NCBI GenBank assembly: GCA_000934665.2
Contig: KZ538628.1
Coordinates: forward strand, 1-57,528
Length of the DNA stretch: 57,528 bases
DNA from: Catajapyx aquilonaris
Taxonomy: Eukaryota
Direction: 5' to 3'
Shown: positions 54,431-57,528 of the stretch, in pieces
Layout: each line of letters begins with the position of its first letter
How positions within the stretch are numbered: the first letter of the stretch is position 1
Position numbers and translations under genes: made by a program
Notes under the pieces: generated by a model
Seen by the model: the letters and a program-made list of their open reading frames with translations, nothing else
The model's database searches: none
What the model was told of the DNA's origin: nothing

Positions 54431-56160
54431 CGGGCAGCAAAAAAATAATACCGGTACCTGATAGATGGGAGACTTATTTGGAAGTGATTCATCTGCTCAG
54501 GATTGAAGAGGGCGGGATAAATTACGCTCCATTTTAAAAGTCGATATGTCTCATCAGACGGAATTTCAAAATGGAATCCTAAATTGCGATTTTTTTTTTT
54601 TTTTTTACATTCCTCATTAATCGAACAATTTATTTTGAATGTCACACTTGAAATGACACCGGATACGTTTTCTTCGCCATTTCCACCAAATCAGGAGTCA
54701 ACTCCATTTTTTTAAAAATCGTGCAGAAACATGTAGTCACCTGCATTGGCAACAAAACGTCACCAACATATTGTTGCCACGTTGAAATTTTCATCCCACA
54801 CAATATCGGGCGACACTGGAAATTCTCAACTTTTGGCCGGGGGCTTAAAATGTGGCGCATTTTTGGACCTTTGTGAACAATGTAGAGACATGTGAAATTC
54901 TTTTGTGAAATAATCTTTTGGTTAATTTTATGTGAGGAAAGCCGCATTACCAGTGTACGTACTACAATACGTATATTATATTTTGTAACCTTATTTTTTT
55001 AAATGAGCTTTTGAAAAGGCTGGAATTTTTGTATAATATTGATCTGTTATAAATGTCGGGGGTTTTTTTCGTTTTATTTGCACTCATTGAATGTTTGTAA
55101 ATGGCGTCCATTTTTCTTCTCTTTGAAGCGCATATGAAAATCATCAATATAAAAACCTTCCGTCTTGTCTGTCGCCATGTCTTAATTTGGTGCAATTATG
55201 TTGGGCTCCAAAGATCAAGAAAGACTTCCCCTGACTACATAGCTATAGGTGGTCATGTTTTGACACCAAACGTTATATATAAAGTGGCTAAAAATGGAGT
55301 GCTACCAGATAGGCCAGCATGCCTGGTCAAGTTGAGTACCTGACACGAGAACCTCTTCTACCAACCAGGCAACCACTGAAATACTAGGGGGAGAAATTTA
55401 AAAATTAATATAACAAATGAAATTTACGCGTGACTATAATGAGGTATCAAATCTTCAACCTCCAACCAAGCAAGGTATTTTAAACTACTATACTGTAGAT
55501 GGGTCTAGATGTAGCCTAAATCTGCCTAAATTAAGACTTGAGCAGCAATTTTTTGGTCAAAATCGAGTTAACCTCTGTGCAATATCGCCATCAATTTTTT
55601 AAGATGCTCAAGTCAGTTTTATGCCCGAACAGTCCCCCTAGACATATCATTAGTGTCATTACATAAACCATTAAGATACGTGCCATATGGGATCTTGCAC
55701 CGAGGTGTAATTTACGATTTAAAATATCTTCATATTTGGTCATAAATCAGTCTTCTGCTGCGACCCACAGAAAATTATCGATAAAGACAACTACGCCCGT
55801 GTGAACCCAACTTAACAATAATACATCCGAAGCTGACAAGTATCAGCTATACAGACAGGTTTTATACTCTAAAACAACTGGAAGGAAACTAAGCTGAATT
55901 ACGTTATACTTACCCACCGATGTTAACTTCATCTTTGTCCGGCTTTGACTTTGTTCTTTCTCAGTCAGTTTATATTATTGCTATCCGTTAGTCGCATCTG
56001 AAAGATGTGGAAATACCGCGGCATTACTTTACACGTGCATTGGTGAGTAATGTAAAACATTCATGTATCGAAGTCTCCCTTGCGAGAAAAATGTCTGAAC
56101 ACTATTATAGTTTCAATGCCTATAATCCATGTAGGGTTCGATACAGGAAGGTTAATTACA

Positions 56161-57296
56161 TTATTGTGACGGTGCAATGAGTTGGATTAGTGAAAAAGCC
56201 ACACCGCCAGCGACAAGGCTCCAACTCGTGATGCGGGACGCATTCCCTGCTTTTGTTTTATTTTTCGCTTCAATTGCAGCTCTTACAATTTCACAATTTT
56301 GGTGTGATCGCAATGATTTGGATTCAAATGAACTTCTTGAGAGTATGTGGCCGAAAGTGAATTTATCAAGCAGGGAAGGTGCCGTGCCATAAGCCCCACA
56401 GGGGGGGACTATCATCAGCACACTAACTACTGCAAAAACATGAATTCAACCTGTGATGGTTGCTTAATAATTGTAATGAAGTCAAAAATGAATGCTCACC
56501 ATGATTGTCATGCTGCACATCAATTTCCCAAGTTCGTTTTACGCCATAAACAGCCAACCTTTTCTTCTCTCTTCCGGTCGTACTCTTGTAAACACGCATT
56601 GACTCTACGAGGCCAGTTCATGTAGTGACCTCGGACCACTGAGCTATTCGTACCGGTACACAAGTGTCTCCTGTCCGTCTGCATGGGTATATCACATGGG
56701 CCCAAAATGGACGGAGGAGACGACGAAGAAGTTGCATTCCCATAGGTGCTGAAAGAGAAACGCTGCTAACCTGATCTAGCCTGTGCATATACCCTATATT
56801 ATATCCTACACTGACGCTAAGATGAACTTCGATCCTATACGCGTGCGATACGACGTTCCCGACGGTGGTGGGCCTAGACTCAAAGAGGAACGCTGCTAAC
56901 CTGGTTCAACTAACCTGACTTTGCCTATCCTCGCTGCATGTCTCTCCATAATTATGTCAAGAATGGCATGTCAGAGGAACGCATTTCCACACTTTAGGTA
57001 GCGGAAAATCTCCTCGTGAACCACAACAACATAACACCTTAGAAATCAACTCGACCAGACACTTTGGGTTCGGATGCTGGTACATATACAGAAGCTTCCA
57101 TGTACCAAATTACCATCAATGTTCCACATACTAGGTGATGGGCCACTATGACCTTTTGAACCTAGTTGTGGCCATCACCAGTTAGGAACACCATCTCTTA
57201 CACACTTTTACCACAAGTACCCAGCGAGATTCACCTAGTTCTTGTTTGCTGAACACGCCCTAATCGGCATGATAGTGACAACAACAACAACAACAT
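56161..57296 (-). CDS. Possible small secreted/GPI-anchored orphan protein
   Basis: Candidate exons 57296-57235 (MLLLLLSLSC...), 56748-~56543 after a strong TTTCTCTTTCAG acceptor, and ~56429-56161 ending AGNASRITSWSLVAGGVAFSLIQLIAPSQ. Phases can be joined but no homology recognised. Confidence 0.25.
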
Positions 57297-57528
57297 CACG
57301 ACATTTCCCTATGAGGGGTAGTCAGCGATGAAGGGAGACGCAAGCTAACCCAACATATGAACTATAAAACTCATGAGAATAAACCTAAAAACAACCTGTC
57401 CCACCCCCCACCCCTGCCCACCTCAGACATCACCTTATCCTCAAACATATTTACCTATTTACCCATTAATTAACCTACGCCATTTACACCTATCCAAACA
57501 AACAACCCTATAGCCTCAGCCACGTCCA

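Overview
Eukaryotic genomic DNA, very probably arthropod (compact genes with 50-60 nt GT-AG introns, arthropod-type Sema-2a and Ly6 genes); no prokaryotic features, no CRISPR, no rRNA or tRNA recognised. 1-23.6 kb: 3' ten coding exons of a secreted class-2 semaphorin (Sema2a), with an 11.8 kb intron and many MITEs. 24.6-35 kb: three divergent 5-exon paralogs that I recognise as N-terminal-half-only TRPC4AP/TRUSS-like proteins (putative DDB1-binding H-box kept, C-terminal half absent), interleaved with an alpha-arrestin lacking PPxY motifs and a UDP-glucose pyrophosphorylase. 35-39 kb: hAT MITE, pogo/DDE_1 transposase relic and coding-like minisatellites. 39-45 kb: TRMT5, TNFAIP8/TIPE and a ZIP zinc transporter. 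46-48.7 kb: tandem pair of Ly6/three-finger genes, one of which has lost its GPI tail by frameshift. 50-54.4 kb: an intronless ~3.9 kb ankyrin + Gly-rich + helical, toxin-like reading frame broken by one in-frame TGA and joined back-to-back to the inverted 3' fragment of a paralog. A foldback MITE family with 7-bp target duplications recurs five times. All homology calls are from recalled protein sequences, not database searches.
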